Source: an uncultured Planctomycetota bacterium
Lineage (GTDB): Bacteria > Planctomycetota > Planctomycetia > Gemmatales > Gemmataceae
DNA: 64,000 nucleotides
Assembly (NCBI GenBank): GCA_963849325.1
Contig: CAWKHF010000002.1
Location: 192,001 to 256,000, forward strand
Direction: 5' to 3'
Notes under the pieces: model-generated
The model's database searches: none
Told to the model about the DNA's origin: nothing
What the model saw: the letters and a program-made list of their open reading frames with translations, nothing else
Shown: positions 44,093 through 54,000 of the stretch, piece by piece
Layout of the letters: every line of letters begins with the position of its first letter
Position numbering within the stretch: the stretch's first letter is position 1
Translations under genes and position numbers: made by a program

Positions 44093-44676
44093 GGGGCGTT
44101 CTCCGGGATGTCCGCAGGCTGCGGCCTGCCGAGGACGGACAGCAGAAGGTTGAGGTACGAACGCGGCTGGAGATCGGTCAGGCCGAGGGAGGCAGTGGTG
44201 TCCGCCAACACGATCCGGGCTTTGTCCACCCGTTCCTCCGCAGCGAGGATCTCGACCTCGGCGAAGCGGCCCAGGTGCTCGACTTCGTCCAGGCACACCG
44301 TCAGGGCGAAACCGTCTCGCTCCAGTTGGTACATCCGACGATGCTTGCGGACCACGGCGACGGGACGATAGCCGAGGTGAACGAGGAGCTGCATGAACTG
44401 CTCCGTCGCCTCGTCGCCATCGCGGAGCGGGATTTCCAACTCGGTGCGGACCTTGACGGTGCCGGCGCTTTTGGGGCCTTTGTAGGTCAGGAAGTTCGCC
44501 GCGCCGACCCGACGCAGACGGAACGCCTCATCGGTGCGTGCGAAATCGCGGTCCGGCGCGTTGAAGTAATGGTCCGCCTCCGTGTGCGCCTCGCCCGGCT
44601 GTGCGCCCCATTCGGCCAGGCGACGTTCGAGGACGGCGAAGTCGGCGTATGCGAATTTTTGTTCGATTTCGAGCAT
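44089..44676 (-). CDS. cyaB: CYTH-domain protein (class IV adenylate cyclase-like)
   Basis: MLEIEQK (ExExK), D.YFNAP, LTYKGP, LG.FAEVE, terminal SY. Confidence 0.85.
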   Translation of the reverse strand: MLEIEQKFAYADFAVLERRLAEWGAQPGEAHTEADHYFNAPDRDFARTDEAFRLRRVGAANFLTYKGPKSAGTVKVRTELEIPLRDGDEATEQFMQLLVHLGYRPVAVVRKHRRMYQLERDGFALTVCLDEVEHLGRFAEVEILAAEERVDKARIVLADTTASLGLTDLQPRSYLNLLLSVLGRPQPADIPENAP

Positions 44677-44766
44677 GAGTGGCGAATCCTGAGGGGTCGG
44701 TGAGCAGGCGGAAGTCGAAGAATGGCTCACGGACGTGTACACCGCAGCCCATAGGAGCAAGAGACC

Positions 44767-44823
44767 GTCCGAGCCGCGAACGTCAGCGGGTCGGTCGCGC
44801 TCGCTGGCGCTCGCGGCTCGGAC
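44767..44823. repeat. REP-like palindrome (family B)
   Basis: gtccgagccgcgaacgtcagcg ... cgctggcgctcgcggctcggac. Confidence 0.8.
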
Positions 44824-45002
44824 TTGTCAGGGAATCGTCTTGACCCGTTCCTGTTCCCCCTCGGACATTCTAATGTTCGGTATCTGTCGCCGCAAAGTCC
44901 ACTCCCTTCGCGGGAAAGGCTCGCGGTGTACAAGCCCCGAACATCCGCTAGAATCAGGACAAGGACACGGCGCGGGGTCCGTGTGTTCAAGTGAGAGACA
45001 TT

Positions 45003-45368
45003 ATGGCCGAGAAGGAGCGAGTAGATACTGGCACGTCGGGCGCGTGGCGGACGGTCTGCCGGGTCGGCGAGTTGGCCGAGGGCGAAGGCAAGACCGTGAC
45101 GGTCGGCGGACGGCTCCTCGCCATCTTCCACAGCCAGGGCGGTTATCAGGCCATCGATGACACCTGCCCGCACATGGGCGCTTCGCTCAGCGGCGGCTAC
45201 GTCGAGGAAGGTCTCGTCACCTGCCCCTGGCACGCCTGGCGCTTCCGGCTGTGCGACGGCCTGTGGGCGGACAACCCGCGAATCAAGATCGGCTCCTATC
45301 CGGTGCGCGTCGAGGGGGACGAAGTGCAGGTCCAGATGGGCGAGGGACCGTCCAGCCCGAGAAAATAG
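45003..45368 (+). CDS. Rieske [2Fe-2S] ferredoxin (NirD-like)
   Basis: CPHMGASL ... CPWHAWRF. Confidence 0.92.
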   Translation: MAEKERVDTGTSGAWRTVCRVGELAEGEGKTVTVGGRLLAIFHSQGGYQAIDDTCPHMGASLSGGYVEEGLVTCPWHAWRFRLCDGLWADNPRIKIGSYPVRVEGDEVQVQMGEGPSSPRK

Positions 45369-45379
45369 GGGGCGAACCG

Positions 45380-45919
45380 ATGAGGCACATCCGCGAGCTG
45401 TTGGGCCTCGCCTTGCTGGCGGGCGGGATCGCGGTGACGGCATGGGCCGCCCCGCCGCGGCGGTTGCCGGAGCAGTTGCCTCATCCCGACGCCAAGTTCG
45501 TGCCTCGCTTCGAGGCGGTGGCCGAGACCAAATTGCTCATGGAAGGATTGGCCCAGCCCAATTACGCCGCCCTGGAAAAACACTTGCAGGGCGAGGGACC
45601 ACCCGACGCCGACACCTGGGTGTTCGCGCGCGGCCAGGCGCTGCTGATCGCCGAGACGGGCAACCTCCTGTTGCTGCGGCCGCCGCGCAACGACGGCCGC
45701 GATACCTGGATGCGCCGCGCCATGGAGATGAGGGAGTCGGCCGCCAACCTGGCTCGACGGCTGGGGCAGCGCGACCTGACACGCGGCCGTGCCGCCCTGG
45801 CCGACCTGGCCGCCCGCTGCAACCGCTGCCATCAGTCCTTCCGCGTCCCGACGCGCATCCGACCCGACGCCTCGCCGACCGCGCCCGGAGCGAAGGGCGG
45901 CAACCGCGATACGGAGTGA
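45380..45919 (+). CDS. Exported cytochrome c (c'-like, C-terminal heme site)
   Basis: Signal peptide, helical body, CNRCH near C-terminus. Confidence 0.8.
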   Translation: MRHIRELLGLALLAGGIAVTAWAAPPRRLPEQLPHPDAKFVPRFEAVAETKLLMEGLAQPNYAALEKHLQGEGPPDADTWVFARGQALLIAETGNLLLLRPPRNDGRDTWMRRAMEMRESAANLARRLGQRDLTRGRAALADLAARCNRCHQSFRVPTRIRPDASPTAPGAKGGNRDTE

Positions 45920-46076
45920 GCGAATTACCTGGAGTGCTTGACAACCGAGGCGTCGGCCTTTAGGTTGTGGCCTGGCGCCGACGGTTTTTCCTCAAGATCA
46001 ACCGCCGAACCGCGAAAGAGTCCATAGAGGGAACGTCGCGGAACTTAACCGCTTACCGATCAGGCGAGAACCATCC

Positions 46077-46931
46077 ATGTCTGTCGCGCAACCGCAAACG
46101 CTGCCGCCGGCCACCTCGGCCAACCGCGAAGTCCGGATTGTCAGCCACTCCAGCTTGTTTTACTGGTGGCCGGTGTGGGCGATCGGTTTCCTGCTCGGTT
46201 TGCTCTCCCTGTTTTCCGGCTGGCGCATGGTCAGCGTGCCGGAGAATACCGAGATCATCCAGGGGGCCGACGTGATCGGACCGACCAAAGACGGCAAGGA
46301 AACCACGTACAAGGACCGGGAGGTGTTGGTCCTACCCGCGGTCGATCCCAAACATCCCGATCAAAAACTCTCGGAGGCGCCCCTCCGGCTCCGCGCCTAT
46401 CGGGGCAAGAACTTCGGCGTCCTCTTCGCCACCGTCCTGCTCCTCGTCCTCGTCATCACCAACGTCCCCCTGCGCGGCATGTGGTCGTGGATGGTGATTT
46501 TCCTCGTCATCGCTCTGTCGATCATCTTCGCCCTGGCCGACTGGTGGGGGAGAATCATCTCCGTCATCCATTTGCTGGACATCCGCATTAACGCCGGCGG
46601 CTACTTCTACATCTCCGGCATCCTGTTCAGCATCTGGCTGTTCACCATCCTGATCTTCGACAAGCAGATTTACATGGTCTTCACGCCCGGCCAGTTCAAA
46701 GTCTGCACGGAGGTCGGCGGCGGCGAGCAGGTCTACTCGACCGTGGGCCTGACGCTGGAGAAGCGGCGCAGCGACCTGTTCCGCCACTGGATTCTCGGCC
46801 TCGGCTCGGGAGATCTGATCGTCAAGACGTTCGGCGCGCAGGCCCATCACTTCGAGATGGACAACGTCCTATTTATTGGCAAGAAAGTGCAGCAGATCGA
46901 GGAGATGGTCCGGCAGATTCCGGATCGATAG
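46077..46931 (+). CDS. Hypothetical multi-pass membrane protein
   Basis: Several TM segments, HSSLFYWWPVW, ILGLGSGDL. Confidence 0.75.
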   Translation: MSVAQPQTLPPATSANREVRIVSHSSLFYWWPVWAIGFLLGLLSLFSGWRMVSVPENTEIIQGADVIGPTKDGKETTYKDREVLVLPAVDPKHPDQKLSEAPLRLRAYRGKNFGVLFATVLLLVLVITNVPLRGMWSWMVIFLVIALSIIFALADWWGRIISVIHLLDIRINAGGYFYISGILFSIWLFTILIFDKQIYMVFTPGQFKVCTEVGGGEQVYSTVGLTLEKRRSDLFRHWILGLGSGDLIVKTFGAQAHHFEMDNVLFIGKKVQQIEEMVRQIPDR

Positions 46932-46939
46932 ACAATCCG

Positions 46940-46987
46940 AGCCGCTTGCGGCTTAGCATCCCATCAACGCTAAGCCGCGAGCGACTG
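46940..46987. terminator. Inverted repeat between convergent genes (REP-like/terminator)
   Basis: agccgcttgcggcttagc ... gctaagccgcgagcgact. Confidence 0.6.
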
Positions 46988-47010
46988 GGAATACCTTGCG
47001 GAACGCTCCC

Positions 47011-47436
47011 TTATTCCTTCTTCTCTTCTATCGGCTCCTTGAGGGGTTGAAGGAAGAACGGTTGCGGAGGGTTCTTGGCGGCCGACAGCTTGGCAGCGTG
47101 TTCCTCGGCCTCCTTGCGCTTGGGGTAATCGAACTTCGCCACGCACTGGTTGGAGTTGTTGAACACGCCCCAAACGACTTTCATGCGCACTTGCTTGGCC
47201 GCGCGCGTCCGCTTGGGCTTGGCTTCCTTGACAACCTTCTTTTTCTTTTTGGGCGCTACTTCTTCCGCCTCCTCCTCGGCCTCTTCGCCTTCGTCTTCGG
47301 CTTCGACCTCGTCGTCGGACTCGTCGCTTTCTTCCTCGTCGCCTTCGACCTCTTCTTCGTCGTCCTCTTGCTTGCGGCGCTCAGCCGCCTCGAAGTCGGC
47401 GCGGAGGTCTTTCCGGTTGAGAATGCGTCGTGCCAT
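47011..47436 (-). CDS. Small acidic/basic low-complexity hypothetical protein
   Basis: D/E tract, K-rich tract, C-terminal VWGVFNN domain. RBS-like aggcagggg. Confidence 0.75.
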   Translation of the reverse strand: MARRILNRKDLRADFEAAERRKQEDDEEEVEGDEEESDESDDEVEAEDEGEEAEEEAEEVAPKKKKKVVKEAKPKRTRAAKQVRMKVVWGVFNNSNQCVAKFDYPKRKEAEEHAAKLSAAKNPPQPFFLQPLKEPIEEKKE

Positions 47437-47683
47437 GGGTTCCCCTGCCTTCAGGACGTCATCGCTCGGCGTCGTTCCACCGAGGATCGAACCGGGTCAT
47501 TCGTGCAATCAGACCGACTTTTACAGTAGCGAGCGGATGGACGGGTTGCAAGCCGGTTTGACACTCGTTCGCACGCCCCTGTCCGGTCCCTCGGATTGTC
47601 GGATGACGCCGGTGCGGATCGTGTTATGATGGCCTGATTCTCCCGCCGTCCTGCCTGCCCCGAACCGGCTCCCTGGAGGTCCC

Positions 47684-49369
47684 ATGTTCCTGACGTCGCG
47701 TCGATCCGCTGGCTTCCTCGTCGCCCTTCTCTCGCTCTGTCCGGCCGGGTGGTCGTCCGCCGCCGAGCCGGCTTACGACCTGGTCATCCGCCACGGCCAA
47801 ATCGTGGACGGCAGCGGCAATCCGTGGTTTTTTGGCGACGTGGCCATCCGCGGGCAGCGACTCGTCGCGGTCGGACGGATCTCCGAAGGAACGAGTCGGC
47901 GAGAGATCGAGGCGCGGGGCTTGATCGTGGCCCCCGGCTTCATCGACATGCACTCGCACTCCGACTTCGTACTATTGGAAGACGGCCGAGCCGAGAGCAA
48001 GGTCCGGCAGGGCGTCACCACCGAAGTCCTCGGCGAAGGCGCCTCGGCGGGGCCTTACCAGGGACCGCTCCCGCCGCATTCCGTCGTCGTGGCAGGGACG
48101 CCGCGAAAATGGACAACGCTGGGTAGTTATTTCGAGACCGTGGAACGCGCCGGCATCTCGGTCAACGTCGCCTCGTATGTCGGCATGGACAACGTCTGGC
48201 AGAGCGTGATGGGACGTTCGTTTGAACGTCCCACAGCGGAGCAGCGCGAACGGATGAAGGCGCTGGTGGACGAGGCGATGACCGACGGCGCCTTCGGCCT
48301 GTCCACCATGTTGGCCATGCCGCCCGGCTCCCTCACGACCACGGACGATCTTGTCGAGTTGTGCAAGCCGGCGGCGCGGCACGGCGGCATCTACTCCAGC
48401 CACATCCGCAACGAGGGCACGGGCGTTTTCGAGTCCGTCAAGGAGGCCATCACCGTTGGCGAGCGGGCGGGCCTTCCGGTGGACATTATCCATCTCAAGA
48501 TCGCCGATCAGAAATACTGGGGCCGCATGAACGAAATCGTCGCACTCATTGAGGAGGCCCGCAAGCGCGGCGTGAACGTGCAGGCCAACATTTATCCGTA
48601 CACGCGCGGCCACAACGATCTGGCGAGCATCATCCCCCCGTGGGCCCACGAGGGAGGACGGAAGAAAATGCTGGAACGCCTCCAGGAGCCGGAACAGCGC
48701 CGGCGAATGAAGAAAGACATCCGCGATGGCCTACCGGGCTGGTACAACCACTACACGGCTGTCGGCGGCGATTGGGGCCGCATGCTCGTCAGCGGCAAAG
48801 GACGCTACGAGGGGCTTACGATGGACCGCGTGTTGCAGATCAAGAGCAAGGGCAAGGAGCCGGCGCCGGAACCGCTGGACGTGCTGTTCGACCTTCTGCT
48901 GGAAGAGGGCGGATCGGTGCCGACGATCTACGAGCATCACACCGAGAAGGACATGAATCGAGCATTGGTGCAGCCGTGGTGCTCGATCGGCTCGGACGGT
49001 TCGGCCCTGGCCATCGAGGGACCGCTGCGGCGCGGCAACCCCCATCCGCGCAGTTTCGGCACCTTTCCGCGTATCCTCGGCGTGTACGTCCACCAGCGCC
49101 AACTGCTCCGGCTGGAAGACGCGGTTCGCAAAATGACCTCGCTCAATGCCGCCAAGCTCGGCATCCGCGATCGGGGTTTGCTTCGGGCCGGTCAGTACGC
49201 CGACCTCACCCTCTTCGACCCCGAGCGCGTCCGCGACACGGCCACCTACACCAATCCGTTCCGCTACAGCGAGGGCGTCGAATACGTTGTCGTCAACGGT
49301 CAAATCGTCCTGGAGCGCGGCAAGCGCACCGGGGCACGTCCCGGAAAGGCGTTGCGACACCATCCCTGA
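47684..49369 (+). CDS. N-acyl-D-amino-acid deacylase (amidohydrolase), exported
   Basis: VAPGFIDMHSHSD, SHIRNEG, IGSDG, PHPRSFGTFPR, ADLTLFDP. Confidence 0.92.
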   Translation: MFLTSRRSAGFLVALLSLCPAGWSSAAEPAYDLVIRHGQIVDGSGNPWFFGDVAIRGQRLVAVGRISEGTSRREIEARGLIVAPGFIDMHSHSDFVLLEDGRAESKVRQGVTTEVLGEGASAGPYQGPLPPHSVVVAGTPRKWTTLGSYFETVERAGISVNVASYVGMDNVWQSVMGRSFERPTAEQRERMKALVDEAMTDGAFGLSTMLAMPPGSLTTTDDLVELCKPAARHGGIYSSHIRNEGTGVFESVKEAITVGERAGLPVDIIHLKIADQKYWGRMNEIVALIEEARKRGVNVQANIYPYTRGHNDLASIIPPWAHEGGRKKMLERLQEPEQRRRMKKDIRDGLPGWYNHYTAVGGDWGRMLVSGKGRYEGLTMDRVLQIKSKGKEPAPEPLDVLFDLLLEEGGSVPTIYEHHTEKDMNRALVQPWCSIGSDGSALAIEGPLRRGNPHPRSFGTFPRILGVYVHQRQLLRLEDAVRKMTSLNAAKLGIRDRGLLRAGQYADLTLFDPERVRDTATYTNPFRYSEGVEYVVVNGQIVLERGKRTGARPGKALRHHP

Positions 49370-49439
49370 GACCTTCTCCCGTTCGCGGCGGCTCGACGGG
49401 TCGCCGCGAACGGGAGAGAGGAGGTCCCAGGACGCGCCC

Positions 49440-50741
49440 TCACTTGGCCTTCACGTCGAAACAGAGCAGCACGTCCTGATCGCGCAGATACAGCCGGCCG
49501 CCGGCGATGACGGGGTGGGGCCAGGCCTTTTTCTTACTGCGCTGGGGCTGCTCGAAGCGGCTGATCTCCTTGTAGTCGGTCGGGTTGGCCTCCACCAGCG
49601 CGATCGGCCCGTCCTCGCTGCGCACGTAGAGCCGGCCGTCCGCCGCCGCGATCGACCCTTTACCCACCGAACGATTCTGCCATTTCGTTTCTCCGGTCTT
49701 GAAGTCGAGGCACACCAACCCCGTGTTGTTGGTGCCGTAGAGATAGTCGCCGACGCGCACCACGCCGCCGTGATGGTTGGCCAGATCCGGGTTGTGATAA
49801 ACTTTCTTCGCCACGACGCGACCTCCTTCGGCCGTCAACTGGACGAGGTCGGCGCCGCTGGTCGGCGTGCGTCCGCGGCCGCTGGCGGAGACAAACACGG
49901 CGTCGTTGTGGAAGATCGGCGTGGTGCAATTGGTGATGCCGGTGATGCCGTCGTAGAGCCATAACAACTTGCCGTCCTTGGCGGCGACGCCGACCAGACA
50001 GCCGCCGAGGAACTGGATGTATTGCTTGATGCCGCCGACAGTGGCCACGATGGGCGAGGCGTAGGCGGCGGCATTGCGCGGCAGCCCCCGGCCGCGCGGG
50101 GCCGCGCCGGCGGCGCCGCCTGCCGACACGGAAGCCTGCCACATCTCTTTCCCCGTCTTCTTGTGTAGGGCGACCAGTGTGGCCTTCTCGCCGCCGGGGG
50201 TACACACCAGCACATCGCCATCGATCAGTGGCGACTCGGCGTAGGCCCAGAGGCCGCGGAGTCCACCGTAGTCCTTGCCGAGGTTCTTGCGCCAGGCCAC
50301 CTTGCCGGCGGTGTCCAGCCAGAGCAGATCGCCGCTGGAGCCGAGGACGCACAGGTGATCGCCGTCCACTGTCGGCGTCGAGCGCGGTCCAGGATAGGAG
50401 GGAGGACCGTCGGGAGCGATGGGACCGACCTCGGTGGCCCACAACTCTTTGCCGTCCTTGCTGCTCAGGGCGATGGCATACTCCTTGCCGTCGCGCGTGC
50501 CCAGCAGGTAGATCCGGCCATTGGCGATGGCGGGAGTGGAGTAGCCGCCGCCGAGTCCGGTCGCCTTCCAAATCACCTTCGGGCCGCCCTCGGGCCACTT
50601 CTTGAGCAAGTCCTTTTCCTGGGAAACGCCGGTGCGATCCGGCCCCATCCAGCCGGGCCAGTCGGCGTCCGCTGCCTGGAGCTGGCCTTGAACCGCCAGA
50701 ATCGCCGCCGACAGCAGCGCGATGGTTCGTGCGGAGAACAC
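49440..50741 (-). CDS. PQQ-like beta-propeller protein (BamB-like repeats)
   Basis: DWPGWMGP, GGGYSTP, GPRSTPTVDG, ESPLIDGD, WPHPVIAGGRLYLRD. Confidence 0.88.
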   Translation of the reverse strand: MFSARTIALLSAAILAVQGQLQAADADWPGWMGPDRTGVSQEKDLLKKWPEGGPKVIWKATGLGGGYSTPAIANGRIYLLGTRDGKEYAIALSSKDGKELWATEVGPIAPDGPPSYPGPRSTPTVDGDHLCVLGSSGDLLWLDTAGKVAWRKNLGKDYGGLRGLWAYAESPLIDGDVLVCTPGGEKATLVALHKKTGKEMWQASVSAGGAAGAAPRGRGLPRNAAAYASPIVATVGGIKQYIQFLGGCLVGVAAKDGKLLWLYDGITGITNCTTPIFHNDAVFVSASGRGRTPTSGADLVQLTAEGGRVVAKKVYHNPDLANHHGGVVRVGDYLYGTNNTGLVCLDFKTGETKWQNRSVGKGSIAAADGRLYVRSEDGPIALVEANPTDYKEISRFEQPQRSKKKAWPHPVIAGGRLYLRDQDVLLCFDVKAK

Positions 50742-51057
50742 GGTTCGACTCCTTCACAAAGAGGATAGTGAGGAAACCACCGAGGCGGTTTCCGTTGCCA
50801 GTTTGAACCCCGACACCGCGAAGGTGTCTCGCCGATGGCTGGGAGGGCGTTCGCTAGGATCCACCCGAGAAGCGGCTGGCCAACCGAAATGCTATCCCGA
50901 ATCAGAAGCGGCCTCAAGGAAGTGATCGGCTCGACAGACTCTGGTGTCGGAAGGTTCGGAGAGATAAGCTGACAAGTACGCGGTCCATCGTCCGGGCTGC
51001 GCTCGATCAGCTGAATCAAACGAACGTTCTCCGCGCCGACCCGAGGAGGTCTATTCG

Positions 51058-54000
51058 ATGCGGACATTCGTGCAGGGCTGCGCCCTCGTCGCCGCGTTCT
51101 TGTTGGTGACGCCGACCCTGCGTGCGGGTTCGGCGGACGTGGGGAAAAAAAAGGTTCCGATAATCCTCGACACCGACATCGGCACCGACGTCGATGACGC
51201 CTTCGCGCTGGCGCTGGTTGTGGCCAGTCCGGAGTTGGAGCTGCGCGGCGTCACCACGGTCGGCAGCGATCCGCGGACGCGCGCCCTGATAGTTTGCCGA
51301 TTCTTGACCGCGATCGGTCGCCGTGAAGTTCCCGTGGCGGCCGGAGCAGCGCCGCAGCCGGCCGAGGAGATCAAGGGACAGGCCCGATACGCCAACCATC
51401 CGGACGTCATCAACCATCGAACCTCGAAGCCCGTGAAGGAATCGGCCGTCGAGTTTCTGTACGGGCAGCTCAAGGCGCGGCCGGGCGAGCTGACGCTGCT
51501 GACGATCGGTCCCCTGACGAACATCGCGCCGTTGCTGCGCGAGCACCCCGACTGCAAACCGTGGATCAAGCGCCTGGTGATGATGGGCGGCTCCGTCCGC
51601 GTCGGCTACAAGGGCACGGCGCCCGCCGAACCGGAATGGAACATGAAGTGCGATATCGCGGCGGCGAAGACGGTCTTCTCTTCCGGCGTTCCGCTCGTGG
51701 TCGCTCCGCTCGATGCCACGACGATGCTCAAGTTGGAGAAGCCGCTGCGGCAGCGCCTGTTCCGGGCCGAGACGCCGCTGACGTCTCAGGTCCAGGCGCT
51801 GTATCAGATGTGGGCTGCGCCGACGCCGACGCTTTACGATCCGGTGGCGGCGGCGCTGTGCTTCGACGAGCACTTCTGCACGATGGAAGACCTGCGACTG
51901 GAAGTCGGTGATCGGGGCATTACACGTCCGGTCAAGGGCAAGGCGAACGTCCGTGTCGCCAAGGCAATCCGGGGCGACGATTTTTTGAAGTGGTACGTCG
52001 AGCGCGTCGCGTCGGCGGCGCGGCCCAAGCAACCGAGGAGCGTGGACAGCGAAGCAGGCGCGGCCAGACTGCCGCAGGGGTTCACGGAAACGGCGATCGT
52101 CACCGGCATCAACGGGGCGACGGCGATGGACTTCGCGCCGGACGGCCGGCTGTTCGTCTGCGAGCAGACCGGAGCGCTGCGCATCGTCAAGAACGACCTG
52201 CTGCTGCCGCTGCCTTTCGTCACCGTCAAGGTCGATAGTAGCTGGGAGCGCGGCCTGCTCGGCGTGACGTTCGATCCGCATTTCGACACGAACCACTACA
52301 TCTACGTCAATTACATCTCGCCTGATCCCTATCCGCATCACCGCATCAGCCGCTTCACGGCGGACGGCGATACGGCCATGCCCGGCAGCGAGGTCGTGCT
52401 GTTCGAGGGCGACGATCAGAACAAACTCGGCGGCGGCGTCAAGAATGGCCACCAAGGCGGGGCCATCCACTTCGGCCCGGACGGCAAGCTCTACGTCGCC
52501 ATCGGCGACCAGACCGCCGGGACGCCGGCGCAGGACATGAAGACGCTGCAAGGCAAGATCTTGCGCATCAACGCCGACGGTAGCATCCCCGAGGATAATC
52601 CGTTTTATCGCCAAACGACGGGGAAATACCGGGCCATCTGGGCATTGGGACTGCGCAACCCGTTCACGTTCGCGTTCCAGCCGGGCAGCGGCCGCATGTT
52701 CATCAACGACGTGGGCGGCGCTAATGAGGAGATCAACGTCGGCGCGGCGGGGGCGAATTACGGTTGGCCGATTGCGGAGCACGGCCCGACGAAGGATCGG
52801 CGTTTCCGGGGGCCGATCCACTGGTACAAGGAAAGTTCCATCGCCGGCGGGGCGTTCTACAATCCGCCGCGCCGGCAGTTCCCAGCGAAGTACGTCGGCA
52901 AATACTTCTTCGCCGACTTCAAGCAAGGCTGGGTTCGGACGCTCGACCCCGACAACCCGGCGGACGTGCGCGATTTCCTTACCGGCCTGGGTAATCTGAG
53001 CGTGGTGGATCTCAAGATCGCGGCGGATGGCAGTTTGTACTACCTGCGCCGCCTGGCGTGGGTGCGCGACAAGGATTACAAGGCGAACACCGGCGTACTG
53101 TACAAGGTCCGCTACGTTGGGGCGGAGGCGCCGGCGCGTATCGCGGCGGAACCGGCAGACCAGCGCGTCACGGTCGGGCAGGCTGCGACGTTCCACGTCG
53201 GCGCCGACGGTGGTAGTCCGCTCCGCTATCAGTGGCAGCGCGATGACAGCGACCTCGCCGGCGCGACCGGCGCGACCTACACGTTGCCGGCCGTAACCCA
53301 GAACGATGACGGCGCTCGCTTCCGTTGCGTCGTGACCAACGCTCACGGCAAGGCCGTCAGCCGCACGGCGACGCTGACGGTGCTTCCCTCGTTCGAGGAC
53401 ATCGAGGCGGAAGGATTCGACGGCGTGAGCGTGACGCCGCGGCCGGCAAAATACACAGGGCCGGTGACCGTGCGCCTGACACCGCACGATCCGCGCGCGA
53501 CGATCCGCTACACGACCGACGGCCGCATGCCGAGCGCCGTGTCCGCGTCCCACGAAGGGCCGTTCGTCCTGGAGAAGACGACACGACTGCGCTGGCGTGT
53601 GTTCCGAGACGACAAGCCGTGGGGGCGGTCGGGCGAGGCACTCTTCATCATCGAAGGCGGGGCGCCCTATGGGCTGGCGTCGCGCCCATCGGTGTCGGGC
53701 CTGCGTGTGCCACTGATGGCCGAGAACGTACCGGCGATACTGTCGCAGACGGGGTTGTTCGCCTCCTTGAGCGATCTGGTTCCTCGGCGGGGGCTGGTCC
53801 CCTATGACGTTAATGTGCCGCTATGGTCCGACGGTGCGGTGAAACAGCGCTGGATGGCGCCGGGACGCAGCCCTATTGTCTTTACGCCGGAGGGCGAGTG
53901 GACTTTCCCGGCCGGCACCGTCTTCGTCAAGCATTTCGATCTGTCGATCGACGAGCGCGATCCGCGCCGGAAACGTCGTCTGGAGACGCGCCTGCTGGTC

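Noticed and set aside
44089-44676. CYTH protein as a CBASS-like signalling cyclase for the protease cassette
   Set aside because: It is translationally coupled to panC on the opposite strand, separated from the cassette by mgtE, and is not a CD-NTase fold.
50742-51057. Intergenic region as a small gene or RNA
   Set aside because: No convincing ORF, RBS or known RNA motif. Consistent with divergent promoters.
51016-53553. 845-aa antisense ORF (also 14961..16862, 31674..32948, 39783..41141)
   Set aside because: Shadow ORFs opposite well-supported genes, as expected from high-GC codon bias. No recognisable motifs.
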